This document shows positions 1 through 9,525 of a stretch of 64,000 nucleotides of DNA, piece by piece. Origin of the DNA: Bacillus subtilis subsp. subtilis str. 168 (lineage in GTDB: Bacteria; Bacillota; Bacilli; Bacillales; Bacillaceae); the NCBI RefSeq assembly GCF_000009045.1, contig NC_000964.3:2170001-2234000 (forward strand), in the 5' to 3' direction. The first letter of the stretch is position 1, and every line of letters starts with the position of its first letter. The position numbers and the translations under genes are program-made. The notes under the pieces are model-generated. The model was given only the letters and a program-made list of their open reading frames with translations, ran no database searches and was not told the origin of the DNA.

Positions 1-16
1 TATTTTTACATTTGTA

Positions 17-32
17 TAAAAGGAATATTTTA
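17..32. repeat. TAAAA-N6-TTTTA boundary site
   Basis: TAAAAggaataTTTTA; supplies the yorZ stop codon. Confidence 0.7.
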
Positions 33-242
33 TCCTCTTATTTTGTATTTGATATTTAATCCTAAATGTTCTAATGTCTTCTTAACACTTAAATTGCTGC
101 ATTCATTTTTCACTTTATCGGAATAACCCTTTGCACAACTTTCACAACAGTTGAAGTCTACATAAGTTTTTTCATCGCTGATCCTAAGACAAATTGTTTT
201 TCCGCTTATGTACTCCTTACAGATGTCACATATATGATTCAT
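30..242 (-). CDS. yorZ: Small Cys-rich phage protein (70 aa)
   Basis: ORF MNHICDIC... with AAGGAG RBS; two CxxC motifs. Confidence 0.8.
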   Translation of the reverse strand: MNHICDICKEYISGKTICLRISDEKTYVDFNCCESCAKGYSDKVKNECSNLSVKKTLEHLGLNIKYKIRG

Positions 243-272
243 TAACACTCTCCTTCGCCTCAACGTAAATTT

Positions 273-301
273 ATTATATACATATTATTTGTTTTTGTCT
301 A
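273..301 (-). promoter_or_regulatory. SPbeta repeated element (SPBRE): SigA promoter with embedded MrpR operator
   Basis: TAGACA-AAAACAAATAATATGTA-TATAAT, 17-nt spacer, upstream of yorZ. Confidence 0.85.
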
Positions 302-308
302 TCGGTTT

Positions 309-491
309 TTAAATAATTTCTTTAATATTTTTCAGCTTTGCAAAAACAGACATTATATCTTTATCACACCGCTCCCAAACACGCTTTTCTTCAGGCCTTA
401 AAGTGTTTTCTAAATAAACATAAAGCTTATCCAATACTCCTTCAGCAGCATCTATATCATCAATTACAAGATCCCTAACAATATCCTTAAT
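309..491 (-). CDS. yorY: Hypothetical phage protein (60 aa, ATT start)
   Basis: Hand-translated (M)KDIVRDLV...KEII; GGGAGAGG RBS upstream of ATT; missed by the ORF track. Confidence 0.75.
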
Positions 492-503
492 GATACCCTC
501 TCC

Positions 504-731
504 CTATGAAAATATGGTTATTGCTTTTCCATTGTCATTTTTTATGTATGGGGAATATTTTCGGTCTAGGCAATTCTTCGACTTTCCTTCTCCCAGGCTT
601 ACATTATAAATATCCCCTACCTCATAAACTTCGTATGCTTGTTCTTTTGCATGTTCAGGTGATAGCGCCTCAATAACTAGAGACGCATTTTCACCTTTGC
701 TGTCTTTACACCTTACATAATACTTTTTCAA
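504..731 (-). CDS. yorX: Hypothetical phage protein (75 aa)
   Basis: ORF track; position in SPbeta gene order. Confidence 0.8.
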   Translation of the reverse strand: MKKYYVRCKDSKGENASLVIEALSPEHAKEQAYEVYEVGDIYNVSLGEGKSKNCLDRKYSPYIKNDNGKAITIFS

Positions 732-770
732 TAAACATCCCTTTATCCTTTCATTTTTTCTCGAAACAAT

Positions 771-1136
771 TTAATGAATCAAGCCTTGATATGTATTTGG
801 TTTAATATTGTGTAGATTGTTTAGGTTAGTTAACCGCTCGATTTCCTTACTCATCGCATAACATTGATCAACATAAAATTTCTTTGGCATAATCACAAAC
901 TGGCCATCTTTAAATCCTTCCGCACCGGCTTCTTGCATTGCTGCTGGAAAGATATCAATTAGACTACCTTTCTTAAAGCTCTCAATATACTCATCTACTG
1001 AAATAGTGTGCAAAACCTTAGCTAATACTCCATTAGTCTTTTCATCGTTATGTACGTAAATGCTTTGTGTATGTGGTTCAATAACTACAAAATCAAGAGC
1101 GTTTACCAAGTCAATTTTTTCTTGATCAGTTAGCAT
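771..1136 (-). CDS. yorW: Hypothetical phage protein (121 aa)
   Basis: AAAGGAG RBS before MLTDQ. Confidence 0.8.
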   Translation of the reverse strand: MLTDQEKIDLVNALDFVVIEPHTQSIYVHNDEKTNGVLAKVLHTISVDEYIESFKKGSLIDIFPAAMQEAGAEGFKDGQFVIMPKKFYVDQCYAMSKEIERLTNLNNLHNIKPNTYQGLIH

Positions 1137-1138
1137 AT

Positions 1139-1357
1139 TCACTCTCCTTTTAAATACGACTTGAAAAACTCACTTAAGTTATCAGCCATAGCTGCAGCAA
1201 CTTCAGAAAAGTATTTATGTCTTTTCTCCTCTGATTTCAAAAACTCAACTGTCGTTTCTGCAATTTCTTTAATCTTGTCTTCTTTGATATTTCCATTCCT
1301 AACACGCTCTTTAATCTCCTCTGTCTCTTTTTTTAGGGACTCTGGGTAACTATCCAA
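1139..1357 (-). CDS. yorV: Hypothetical phage protein (72 aa, TTG start)
   Basis: AGAGGAG RBS before TTG at 1357. Confidence 0.75.
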   Translation of the reverse strand: MDSYPESLKKETEEIKERVRNGNIKEDKIKEIAETTVEFLKSEEKRHKYFSEVAAAMADNLSEFFKSYLKGE

Positions 1358-1400
1358 TCGATCCACTCCTCTTATTTTATATTTGTTTAAAAGACAAATT

Positions 1401-2732
1401 TTATTCAGATTCTTTATTAACATATGTATGTATTAATTCTTGAAATATAGACTCAAGCACACTAACTGTAATTGAATTACCGGCTTGCTTGTATAATTGT
1501 GAGTTACTTATTCCTGCTGCAAAAGCTTTTTCAAAATCTTCGTCATCAAATGCTTGGAGTCTCCAACATTCTAATGGAGAGAGCTTTCTAATTTTATATT
1601 TTGGGTATTCTCCGATTGCTACACCATGTCGATCAATTGTATTAACCGTGAAAGCCGGTTCTCCGTTTTCTTTAAAACGTCTTCCATTCTGTCTTTTCTC
1701 TTCTCTTTCTGGCGTTAACACTGCCCTTACTTCTTTCTGCTTTTCTGCGATTTTAGGTTCTCTGTGACCGCCGCCCATTGTAGTTAATGTCGGTGAAAGT
1801 CCTTCAGGCGAGTAAACTCTTTTGATGGCATCGTGACCTTTTAAATCCACGTGTCCCACCATTAACGGCTCCCTTACTTCTTGTTTTTGTAGCGGTGCGG
1901 TTCCTAGTTGCTCAACAAGTTTCTTCGTCTTTTCTTCATTTAAGTAATACTTCTCATCAACAAAATCCTCAAGAATTTCTCTCAACCTCTTTGTGACAGT
2001 GTCTTGTAAAGGCCATTTAAAATTAAAACTCTTTATATTTATTTCTTGCAATCTCTTTTTACCTTTACTCAGAACATCGTTTCGCTTCTGACCTACAACC
2101 CATTGTTCATTTTCAACCAAATCTTCTCTAATGCCAATTATGTATACCCGTTCACGATTCTGTGGAACATTGAAAAACTTTGAATTAAGTAGCTCTAGGT
2201 CAATCCTATAGCCTATATTGTTCATAGTCTCACTAATTATTCTTAACACTTGTCCATTGCCACTATTAATTAGCCCTTTTACATTTTCTAATATCACAAA
2301 TTTCGGCTTCTTCTCTTCTGCTAACAAAGCTGTTTCAAAAAAGAGCGTTCCCCGTTCATCTTTAGCCTTAGAAACAGCTTCACACTTCGGGCATTTGACT
2401 CCCTTCTTATAATCCTCATAAGTAATTAAATGCTCGTGCGAACAATTGCTACACTTATATTCCATACCATCACGGCCGCCGGCTACTGAAAAAGTGGGAC
2501 AAGGAAATCCACTTGTTAACAAATCAAAATATGGAATATTATCTTTCTTAGCTTTACTTATGTCTCCAACATTCAATGTTTCACTTACATTATGAATTGC
2601 ACAATAAGATTTGATTGCATATTTATCTATTTCACTAAAGCCAATCAGTTCATAATCAACGCCTATGTTTCTTAATGCAGCTTCAAATGCACCAATTCCA
2701 CTAAAAAGGCTCATTACACGTAGTTTACTCAA
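1401..2732 (-). CDS. mtbP: Multispecific C5-cytosine DNA methyltransferase (M.SPbeta)
   Basis: Motif I FSGIGAFE, catalytic GFPC, ENV, two TRD-like segments, QAGNS motif X; GGAGG RBS 7 nt before TTG. Confidence 0.97.
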   Translation of the reverse strand: MSKLRVMSLFSGIGAFEAALRNIGVDYELIGFSEIDKYAIKSYCAIHNVSETLNVGDISKAKKDNIPYFDLLTSGFPCPTFSVAGGRDGMEYKCSNCSHEHLITYEDYKKGVKCPKCEAVSKAKDERGTLFFETALLAEEKKPKFVILENVKGLINSGNGQVLRIISETMNNIGYRIDLELLNSKFFNVPQNRERVYIIGIREDLVENEQWVVGQKRNDVLSKGKKRLQEINIKSFNFKWPLQDTVTKRLREILEDFVDEKYYLNEEKTKKLVEQLGTAPLQKQEVREPLMVGHVDLKGHDAIKRVYSPEGLSPTLTTMGGGHREPKIAEKQKEVRAVLTPEREEKRQNGRRFKENGEPAFTVNTIDRHGVAIGEYPKYKIRKLSPLECWRLQAFDDEDFEKAFAAGISNSQLYKQAGNSITVSVLESIFQELIHTYVNKESE

Positions 2733-2767
2733 CAAACAACCTCCATATATTTTATTTTTACTCTAAA

Positions 2768-2783
2768 TAAAATTGATCTTTTA
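2768..2783. repeat. TAAAA-N6-TTTTA boundary site
   Basis: TAAAAttgatcTTTTA; supplies the yorT stop codon, upstream of mtbP. Confidence 0.7.
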
Positions 2784-2900
2784 TTTTAATTTCTTTAGCA
2801 CTTTTTCAAACTCTGTTTTTGCTTCGTTCATAATTTGATATACCTTGTGATGAATTGTTGACTCACAAGAAGCTGACAGTCTTTTAATAAAACGTTCCAC
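2781..2900 (-). CDS. yorT: Hypothetical protein (39 aa, GTG start)
   Basis: Hand-translated MERFIKRLS...KKLK with AAAGGAG RBS. Confidence 0.7.
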   Translation of the reverse strand: MERFIKRLSASCESTIHHKVYQIMNEAKTEFEKVLKKLK

Positions 2901-2931
2901 TGTTTTCTCCTTTCTGGATAAATGAGATATT

Positions 2932-3450
2932 TTAAAGTAATTTTCGTTCAATCTCTTCCCAATTCATAACACGAATAAATCTATTTTCATTCCTGTTATG
3001 GGGAGCATCAAATAGTATCTTCATTCCTTCAAATGATTCTAAGTTATGTATTCCATCATCGATCATGATGTCTGCTTTAATTATGTTTTTATTGCCACAA
3101 AGCACAACATTGCTATGAGGAATAAATGGAAAATATTCTGTAAGCCATTCAAGCTTTGCTTTAAGGGAATCTGGATGGTTTGTTGCTGTAGTCACAACAT
3201 ACACTTCATATTTCTTCATCAGCTCTTTTGTCACTCTTTGGCTACCTTCTATAACATTTAGATTTCTGAACAAATCGTAATCTAAATGTCTATAAACATT
3301 ATTGTTGGTATTTGTATATTTTTTTATATCCCAACATAGGATGTCTTTCTCTTTGAGAAAAGGATCATCGTATGTGTTAATGTAAGCTACCCAATCACTT
3401 AGTAAATCAGCTAAGACCTGATCCATGTCAATCGCAATTACTTTTTTCAT
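2932..3450 (-). CDS. yorS: 5'(3')-deoxyribonucleotidase, HAD family
   Basis: DMDQVLAD HAD motif I; MIDD motif. Confidence 0.92.
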   Translation of the reverse strand: MKKVIAIDMDQVLADLLSDWVAYINTYDDPFLKEKDILCWDIKKYTNTNNNVYRHLDYDLFRNLNVIEGSQRVTKELMKKYEVYVVTTATNHPDSLKAKLEWLTEYFPFIPHSNVVLCGNKNIIKADIMIDDGIHNLESFEGMKILFDAPHNRNENRFIRVMNWEEIERKLL

Positions 3451-3458
3451 AAATTCCC

Positions 3459-3956
3459 CTATTCCACTAAAAAGATTATGTCTTTAGCAATTTCGTCACT
3501 TGACCATTGTCCAGTATCCCATGAATATGTATGTAATCCCGCATTGCTCATAACTTCTCTGTACAACTCTAAAATTGAATCAATGTCTTTTCCCTCTATA
3601 TACTCATCTCCACGTACCCTCAACCTTTTCTTAATAACGCTTGGATCAGCGTGTAAGTATACAACCTTCGCTTTTGCTTTAATTTTATCCTCAATAAATC
3701 TAAGCTGTCGCTCTGTAAGGATCGAGTAATCTTTGAATTTCTTTGCATATACCAAGTTAGAATAAACAAACCTGTCAATAATCACGTTGTCTTCATCAGC
3801 TAGTTTATTGAAGTGTTCAAATAACTTCTCATTTCCGCTTTTGGCCAACTCAAAGCTTGAACCTTTGATAATTGGATACTTCAGTTCTTTACTTAGCTTT
3901 GCTGCAACTGTTGATTTAAAGCAGCAATCAGGCCCCTCCAAGATAATTAATGTCAT
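3459..3956 (-). CDS. yorR: Nucleotide (thymidylate-like) kinase
   Basis: P-loop ILEGPDCCFKST; DRF motif. Confidence 0.9.
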   Translation of the reverse strand: MTLIILEGPDCCFKSTVAAKLSKELKYPIIKGSSFELAKSGNEKLFEHFNKLADEDNVIIDRFVYSNLVYAKKFKDYSILTERQLRFIEDKIKAKAKVVYLHADPSVIKKRLRVRGDEYIEGKDIDSILELYREVMSNAGLHTYSWDTGQWSSDEIAKDIIFLVE

Positions 3957-4111
3957 TAATCCTCCACCTTCCTTACTTTATGAAATCCAACAACCTGGTA
4001 AGTGCCATCAGGATACTTTACTTCTATCTGGTTGTATCGATAATCAACTTTCGCAACAGCTCCAATCTCATCTGTAAAATCAACAATTACCTTTTGACCT
4101 TTTTTAAACAT
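3956..4111 (-). CDS. yorQ: Small SH3/KOW-like protein (51 aa)
   Basis: Hand-translated MFKKGQKVIV...KVED; GGAGG RBS; stop overlaps the yorR start. Confidence 0.8.
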   Translation of the reverse strand: MFKKGQKVIVDFTDEIGAVAKVDYRYNQIEVKYPDGTYQVVGFHKVRKVED

Positions 4112-4319
4112 AAGCTAAACCTCCCTTTAGTGGTGTTAATTCATGTTCTTTAAAGTAAGTAATGTCACCTGTTTCATCGCTAACTGCATAGTCATATGTA
4201 GCTGAATGTAAATGCTCGATAATCTTTCCTTTTCTCCCCACATGATGTGGGCATCCATATCGTGCATTATTGTTAATTTCTACAGCTAGTCCAACAGGAT
4301 AACTCCAGTATTTAGGCAA
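4104..4319 (-). CDS. yorP: YorP-family small protein (71 aa, TTG start)
   Basis: GGAGG-type RBS before TTG; MPKYWSY... Confidence 0.8.
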   Translation of the reverse strand: MPKYWSYPVGLAVEINNNARYGCPHHVGRKGKIIEHLHSATYDYAVSDETGDITYFKEHELTPLKGGLAYV

Positions 4320-4351
4320 TTTAATACCACCTCCCCTCAATAAAAAACCTC

Positions 4352-4549
4352 TTAATCTTCTGTTACTATTCTCGAAACCTGTTTTTCATTAAACCCAAGG
4401 GACGACAAGAACCTCTTAAAATCATCTAGCAACAATCTAGGGATTTCCCCTTTATGTTCTTCAATAATCGACGGTTTATAAGTCTTATTTAATCTGGTCA
4501 CCTGTCCATATTCGTCTGTGAATGACATTTCAATTTGAATACACTTCAA
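4352..4549 (-). CDS. yorO: Hypothetical protein (65 aa)
   Basis: ORF track; gene order. Confidence 0.75.
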   Translation of the reverse strand: MKCIQIEMSFTDEYGQVTRLNKTYKPSIIEEHKGEIPRLLLDDFKRFLSSLGFNEKQVSRIVTED

Positions 4550-4584
4550 TTATCTCACCCTATTTTTTATTTTTGTCATGCATT

Positions 4585-4743
4585 TTAACTGCTTGTTGCC
4601 ATAACAACATCATCAAAACGTCTTTCATCATAAGTTCCATCATAATAACAGAGTTCTACTGTTTCTGTTTCAGGATAGATCGCTTCAATAATCCCACGCT
4701 CTCCAGTTGATTTTACCTTAGCCTCTTTATCCAAAATGAACAT
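4585..4743 (-). CDS. yorN: Small SH3-like protein (49-52 aa)
   Basis: Hand-translated MFILDKEAKV...ATSS; exact start uncertain. Confidence 0.7.
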   Translation of the reverse strand: MFILDKEAKVKSTGERGIIEAIYPETETVELCYYDGTYDERRFDDVVMATSS

Positions 4744-4851
4744 CCTCTTCACTCTCTCTATGTAATAGTTTTCCTTGGGATAAATTTCATGTTATGTATT
4801 GCATCGAACGAATTGTTGAAATGTTTATACCTTTCAGTCATTTGGATCGAT

Positions 4852-5568
4852 TTACCAGCTTACTCTTACATTTTTACGACCAAATGCATTTGCTTCTTGC
4901 TCACTGTCCATTAGAATATCAATACGATTGTTTTTAATGTCCCCTCCTGTATCTATTGCATATGCTTGAAAGCTATTTCCTTCATATGAAACTTGCACTA
5001 ATGAATACAAAGGAATTACTTCTGGATCAACAGCAATTATTCTTTTTCCATTGTAATAGGATGTGTTTGATACATCGTAGCCGGTTCTTGTTTTCCCTGT
5101 GCACCCTGTAGAGCAAAACGCAGTATAAGCAGTAGCAACAACTTCATGACTCTTCACTGCCTTTGCATTTGTACTTTTTGAAACTGCTTTATCAAGATTT
5201 CTCTTTGTATTGGTTTTTTGCACTTTTTTTGTTTTTGTATGTTTTGCTGCTTTTTTATTTTCTTCTGTTAGATATGTAATTGTCGCATTAAGATACTTTT
5301 TTCTACTTTCAGCCTGCTTTTCTTCCTCACTCTTTAGCCTAGGAAGGATTCTTGGAACGTCAATTTCGTGAATAAGTTTTTGCCTCACCTCTTTTTTATT
5401 TAAATAAAATGACTTTTTTATTGAGACTTGATTATCTTGATGTGTATACAAGTTTTTAGCGCTATATACGAGCCCTACTCCTAACAAACCAATTGTAGCA
5501 AAAAGTGCCATTTTGTTAATTCTATGATATACATATTTTTTATGTTTGTCTATAAGTTTTTTGAAAAT
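4852..5568 (-). CDS. yorM: Membrane-anchored 3D-domain peptidoglycan hydrolase
   Basis: Hydrophobic N-terminal segment, Lys-rich linker, C-terminal 3D domain (ATAY..AVDP..IPL..DTGG..RIDI); frame is open upstream to an ATT at 5568 with a GGAGAG RBS. Confidence 0.85.
   Translation of the reverse strand: MFKKLIDKHKKYVYHRINKMALFATIGLLGVGLVYSAKNLYTHQDNQVSIKKSFYLNKKEVRQKLIHEIDVPRILPRLKSEEEKQAESRKKYLNATITYLTEENKKAAKHTKTKKVQKTNTKRNLDKAVSKSTNAKAVKSHEVVATAYTAFCSTGCTGKTRTGYDVSNTSYYNGKRIIAVDPEVIPLYSLVQVSYEGNSFQAYAIDTGGDIKNNRIDILMDSEQEANAFGRKNVRVSW
5524..5552 (-). promoter_or_regulatory. SPBRE promoter/operator
   Basis: TAGACA-AACATAAAAAATATGTA-TATCAT; lies inside the 5' end of the long yorM frame. Confidence 0.8.
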
Positions 5569-5595
5569 TTTTATCTCTCCTATATCAGTTAAGAT

Positions 5596-8500
5596 TTATA
5601 TTTCTGCCCTTTTAGTTGTCAAACTCATACTTCCTTCATTATCAACAAAATCTATTCTGCAGACTGTGTGATTATATATGCTATCTTTATAGACCTTCGG
5701 AATAAAATTGTTACCTCTTCTGAAACCAGTAAACATGAGCAATGTTCCTCTGGTATACCAAGATTTCTCGATTACCTCTTTCTTTCCGCCACCAATTGAT
5801 CTAGAAATCTGTTTATTGTAATGACTAAAGCTGCCCGACCACTGTTTAACTGTAACCACCCCTGTAGGTGTTAGAAGAGTAATTGCATGTTTGTTTTTAT
5901 CCCTATCTAAAACAGTGCCTATAATCCGTGTAGTCTCATATTCATAGAGAGTTTTCCCTCTCCATTGATAAGGTTTACCTTTGACCGGCTCTGCTGGCAG
6001 TTTATAAAAGTCAGCAATATCATACTTGGCAAAGTTTACACCAGAAAGCTCATGGTCATTATAATAATAGCTCAATGAATCCATTTCCCACTTTCCTAAT
6101 GACCCATCGGCGTATTTTTCCCACTCTTTTATTAATAAACAATCATTCAATTTCTTCAGTGGTTCTTCTGTTGTTATCCAGGACTTTATATTAGACATCT
6201 TGTTATCATATTCTTTTTTAAAAGCTTTTTCAGAAATGACAAGCTGCCCGTTTAACATGTCAACTACACTATCCTCACTGAAATGCTGGTTATAAAACGA
6301 AGCTGATACATCGTCCAATAAAAAAAGTTTATCTTTTGGCGACTTTAATGTTTTGTACACCTTTTTGCTGATGTAATCTTTAAAACGAAAGAATCTCACT
6401 TCTTGTGCAAATTCTGAAGGAACAATGTTGTTTTCAATTAGCATTTTTAAATTAGACAACGTAAGCTTACTTTTTGGTTCTGATATTAAGCTAATAAAGG
6501 CCTTCATGATTTCTTGCCTGTTTCCAAAAGAATCAAAGCAGCCTCCTTTTATTAATTGGATTACTTGTCCTTTCTTAATAATGCCGCTCTTAAACATTCT
6601 TTCAATAAAGTCGTTAAAGTCACTATATGGTCTATTTAGAACTATATGATGAATAACATCGTCTCCAATTCCATTCATTCCTTTAAGTCCAAATAAAATT
6701 GAATTGTTGTTAATATCAGTCCTAAAACCAAAATCAGCCTTATTTATATCTGGGAGGTCTATTTTAATCCCTCTTTGTCTAATGTTTCCGATGGCTGAAG
6801 CAACTTTTCCGTAGTTTGTAGCAGCTGTCTTTTTGTTGTCTTTTGTATCCTCGGTATCTATTCCTCCGCTGTTTACCGTTAAACAAGCAGTATTCCAGTA
6901 TAAAGGATTATATCGATAGTTTAAGTTCAATTCCTGTAATGCAATAATTGAATATGCCAAGGTATGAAGTAAACTAAAACTGTAGCCAAACTGTCTTTTA
7001 AATTGAACATTCCAGACATAATTCAACAGGTTATCAGAAGTGCCAATCTCCTTTCCTTTTTTAAAAAACAATTCTTCCACTTCTTTTAGTACATCTTCTT
7101 TCTTTTTTGCTATGGATTTCCTAAGATAATTTGATTCTTTAATGTCAAAGTTAGCTATATCTTTATCCATAACCATCTGCATAACCACTTCTTGAGTATC
7201 AGCAACACCATAAATGTCCTTAAGGTGCCTCTCCATTACTCTGATTTCCTTTTCGCTTAGACCGTACCGTGTCATTTCTTCATACCATTTATTAAGGTTA
7301 TTTTTGTATTTAACATATGTATCTACAGGCTGTTCTTCACCGTCTGACATAAGCCTCATTAAAGAATTGGTTACTGCTGCTTCAAGTAAGTTCTTAGGTT
7401 TTACTTTGACAACTGATTGATGACCGACTTCAGTTGAGAACTGGAATAAATCCATGATTTCCCCATTACCAGCCATTTCCCATAGCTTATCATCTTCATA
7501 CTCAATTACGTCTGGATGGATGTATTTGTTGTATGTTTCCTTCAAGCTTCCTTGCCATTCAATTTCATTATTCTCGATTAATTGGTCTAATGTTACTCTA
7601 ATCTTATCTAAAGCTTCAATTGTAAGAAGGTCAAACTTTACTGAGCCCATGGCTTCACTGTCACCCATATTAAACTGTGTAATATAAGCTCCTTTAGGAG
7701 TTTTCATCATTGCATTCGACTTTGTATATTCATCGTTAAAGATAATTACTCCGGCTGCATGAGAAGAGCGCTTATTAGTTAACCCTTCAATTTTTAAAGC
7801 TGTTTCTTTAAGATTAGGGTATTGTTCAACCTCCCTAATAAACTCTTTAATTGGCTTCCTGCCAGTTTCTTTGTCACCATAAAAACAATGCTTCAAAGGC
7901 CAGTTAGATCCTCTTTCAAATGGAATCATTCCACTTAAATACTGGGATATATCATTATCGATTCCTAAGCCTCTACATGCTGTCTGAAGCGCTGATTTTG
8001 AACCCTCAGTTCCAAAAGTAGCAATTTGAAGAACACGCTTGTCTCCAAACCTTTCTCTTAGTGCCTTAAGAATTTTTTGTCTTTTTGATCCTTCAGTATC
8101 AATATCGATATCTGGTAGGTCAGGTCTCGATTTATGTATATGTCTCCAATGTGGTAAATCATATTGCATTGGATTAATTTGAGTATTGTCGAGTAGATAA
8201 TTAACTAAGTAACCTGCAGCACTTCCCCTGGCTGCCCCAACTAAACTATCTCCTCCACACTCATCATCCCAAATAATATTAATGATTTCTCTAACTGTTA
8301 TGTAATAAGAAGACATAGACTGATTCAGCTTTTGGCTGATTTCCCAAAGTTCACCCAGTTCAACGTTAATCCTGTTCAATATTTTATGAAAAGCTTCTCT
8401 CGTTAGTTCGCTTGTTTTTAATTTCTCTTCAAATCCGTCCTCAATTAACTTAAGGAGATATCTATCTTGTTCATCTGCTGATTCAGACATCTTTTTTATA

Positions 8501-9513
8501 TATTCATATTGATCATATGCTGGTTTAAATAAATGTCTTAATTTAAAGTTAGGAAGCTCCATCTTAGGGATAATTGGTTCGTGCTCTATAGTATAGTCTT
8601 CAATCATCTCACCAATGAGCATTGTATTTTTTATGGCCTGATCGATGACTTCTTTATCAATGTAGTCCATTCTCTCGTGAATTTCATCAACGTTTTGAAC
8701 GAAACAGGCTTCATAAAAGGAATCAACTTCTCTTTCTCCATCCTTAGCGTTTAAAAAGGCTTGATGAATTGCTCTATCTTCTGGTCTTAGATAGTGAGCA
8801 TCTGTTGTAACAATCATTTGCAAGTCATACCCGTTGGCTATATCTATCAGCTTCTTGTTACAGTAAATCTGTTCTTCACTCAGTGCAGGTTGAAGCTCGA
8901 TAAAAAACTTATCCTTCCCAAAAACCTCTATACACCAAGTTATAAACTCATGAATCTTTAGTTTGTGCTGCTTAATTGACTGAGAATCACCAGTTTCTTC
9001 AAAAGCCTTTATCTTTAACAGGTGAATGTTTACCTCAGACCCCAAGCAAGCTGTGGTAGCAATGATGTGGCCTGGATCTTTACTTAATAGCTCCTCTACA
9101 TCCTTTTTTACTGTCGGCACTCTTTCCATTGTTCCTGTATAAAATGAGTTTTCCCAGGCTTGAGAAGACAGTATTCTTAACTGCTCATGTCCTTTTGGAT
9201 CCATTGCCAACATCAAGAAATGCGGAAATTTTGTCACTCCCGATTTATAGTTATCTCGAACTTCCTCTAAAGAATCGACTAGGTACGCTTCATTGCCCAA
9301 TATCAGTTTAAAATCTTCTGGCATATCCCCCTTCTTTTTCATTTCTCTAACTGTTCGAATAGCATCTAAATGTGCTGAGAGGACTTCATGGTCTGTTATG
9401 GCCAATCCCTTATATTCCATCTTTACTGCAGTTTTGAGCAGTTCTTTAACTGAGTTTGTTGAGTCTAGAAGCCTTATGTTACTCCTATCTGTGTGACAGT
9501 GACATCCTATCAA
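5596..9513 (-). CDS. yorL: DNA polymerase III alpha subunit (DnaE-type)
   Basis: PHP domain (HCHT, ITDH), RGSAAG, PDIDID catalytic motif, HAAG, KFDLL, C-terminal OB-fold; 1305 aa. Confidence 0.97.
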   Translation of the reverse strand: MIGCHCHTDRSNIRLLDSTNSVKELLKTAVKMEYKGLAITDHEVLSAHLDAIRTVREMKKKGDMPEDFKLILGNEAYLVDSLEEVRDNYKSGVTKFPHFLMLAMDPKGHEQLRILSSQAWENSFYTGTMERVPTVKKDVEELLSKDPGHIIATTACLGSEVNIHLLKIKAFEETGDSQSIKQHKLKIHEFITWCIEVFGKDKFFIELQPALSEEQIYCNKKLIDIANGYDLQMIVTTDAHYLRPEDRAIHQAFLNAKDGEREVDSFYEACFVQNVDEIHERMDYIDKEVIDQAIKNTMLIGEMIEDYTIEHEPIIPKMELPNFKLRHLFKPAYDQYEYIKKMSESADEQDRYLLKLIEDGFEEKLKTSELTREAFHKILNRINVELGELWEISQKLNQSMSSYYITVREIINIIWDDECGGDSLVGAARGSAAGYLVNYLLDNTQINPMQYDLPHWRHIHKSRPDLPDIDIDTEGSKRQKILKALRERFGDKRVLQIATFGTEGSKSALQTACRGLGIDNDISQYLSGMIPFERGSNWPLKHCFYGDKETGRKPIKEFIREVEQYPNLKETALKIEGLTNKRSSHAAGVIIFNDEYTKSNAMMKTPKGAYITQFNMGDSEAMGSVKFDLLTIEALDKIRVTLDQLIENNEIEWQGSLKETYNKYIHPDVIEYEDDKLWEMAGNGEIMDLFQFSTEVGHQSVVKVKPKNLLEAAVTNSLMRLMSDGEEQPVDTYVKYKNNLNKWYEEMTRYGLSEKEIRVMERHLKDIYGVADTQEVVMQMVMDKDIANFDIKESNYLRKSIAKKKEDVLKEVEELFFKKGKEIGTSDNLLNYVWNVQFKRQFGYSFSLLHTLAYSIIALQELNLNYRYNPLYWNTACLTVNSGGIDTEDTKDNKKTAATNYGKVASAIGNIRQRGIKIDLPDINKADFGFRTDINNNSILFGLKGMNGIGDDVIHHIVLNRPYSDFNDFIERMFKSGIIKKGQVIQLIKGGCFDSFGNRQEIMKAFISLISEPKSKLTLSNLKMLIENNIVPSEFAQEVRFFRFKDYISKKVYKTLKSPKDKLFLLDDVSASFYNQHFSEDSVVDMLNGQLVISEKAFKKEYDNKMSNIKSWITTEEPLKKLNDCLLIKEWEKYADGSLGKWEMDSLSYYYNDHELSGVNFAKYDIADFYKLPAEPVKGKPYQWRGKTLYEYETTRIIGTVLDRDKNKHAITLLTPTGVVTVKQWSGSFSHYNKQISRSIGGGKKEVIEKSWYTRGTLLMFTGFRRGNNFIPKVYKDSIYNHTVCRIDFVDNEGSMSLTTKRAEI

Positions 9514-9525
9514 CTTTTCTCCCCC

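Noticed and set aside
4341-4356. TAAAAaacctcTTAAT between yorO and yorP as a boundary site
   Set aside because: Second arm has two mismatches; too weak in AT-rich DNA
5596-9513. Intein or intron in the DNA polymerase gene
   Set aside because: Continuous DnaE motif order and normal length; no splicing motifs or homing endonuclease insert seen
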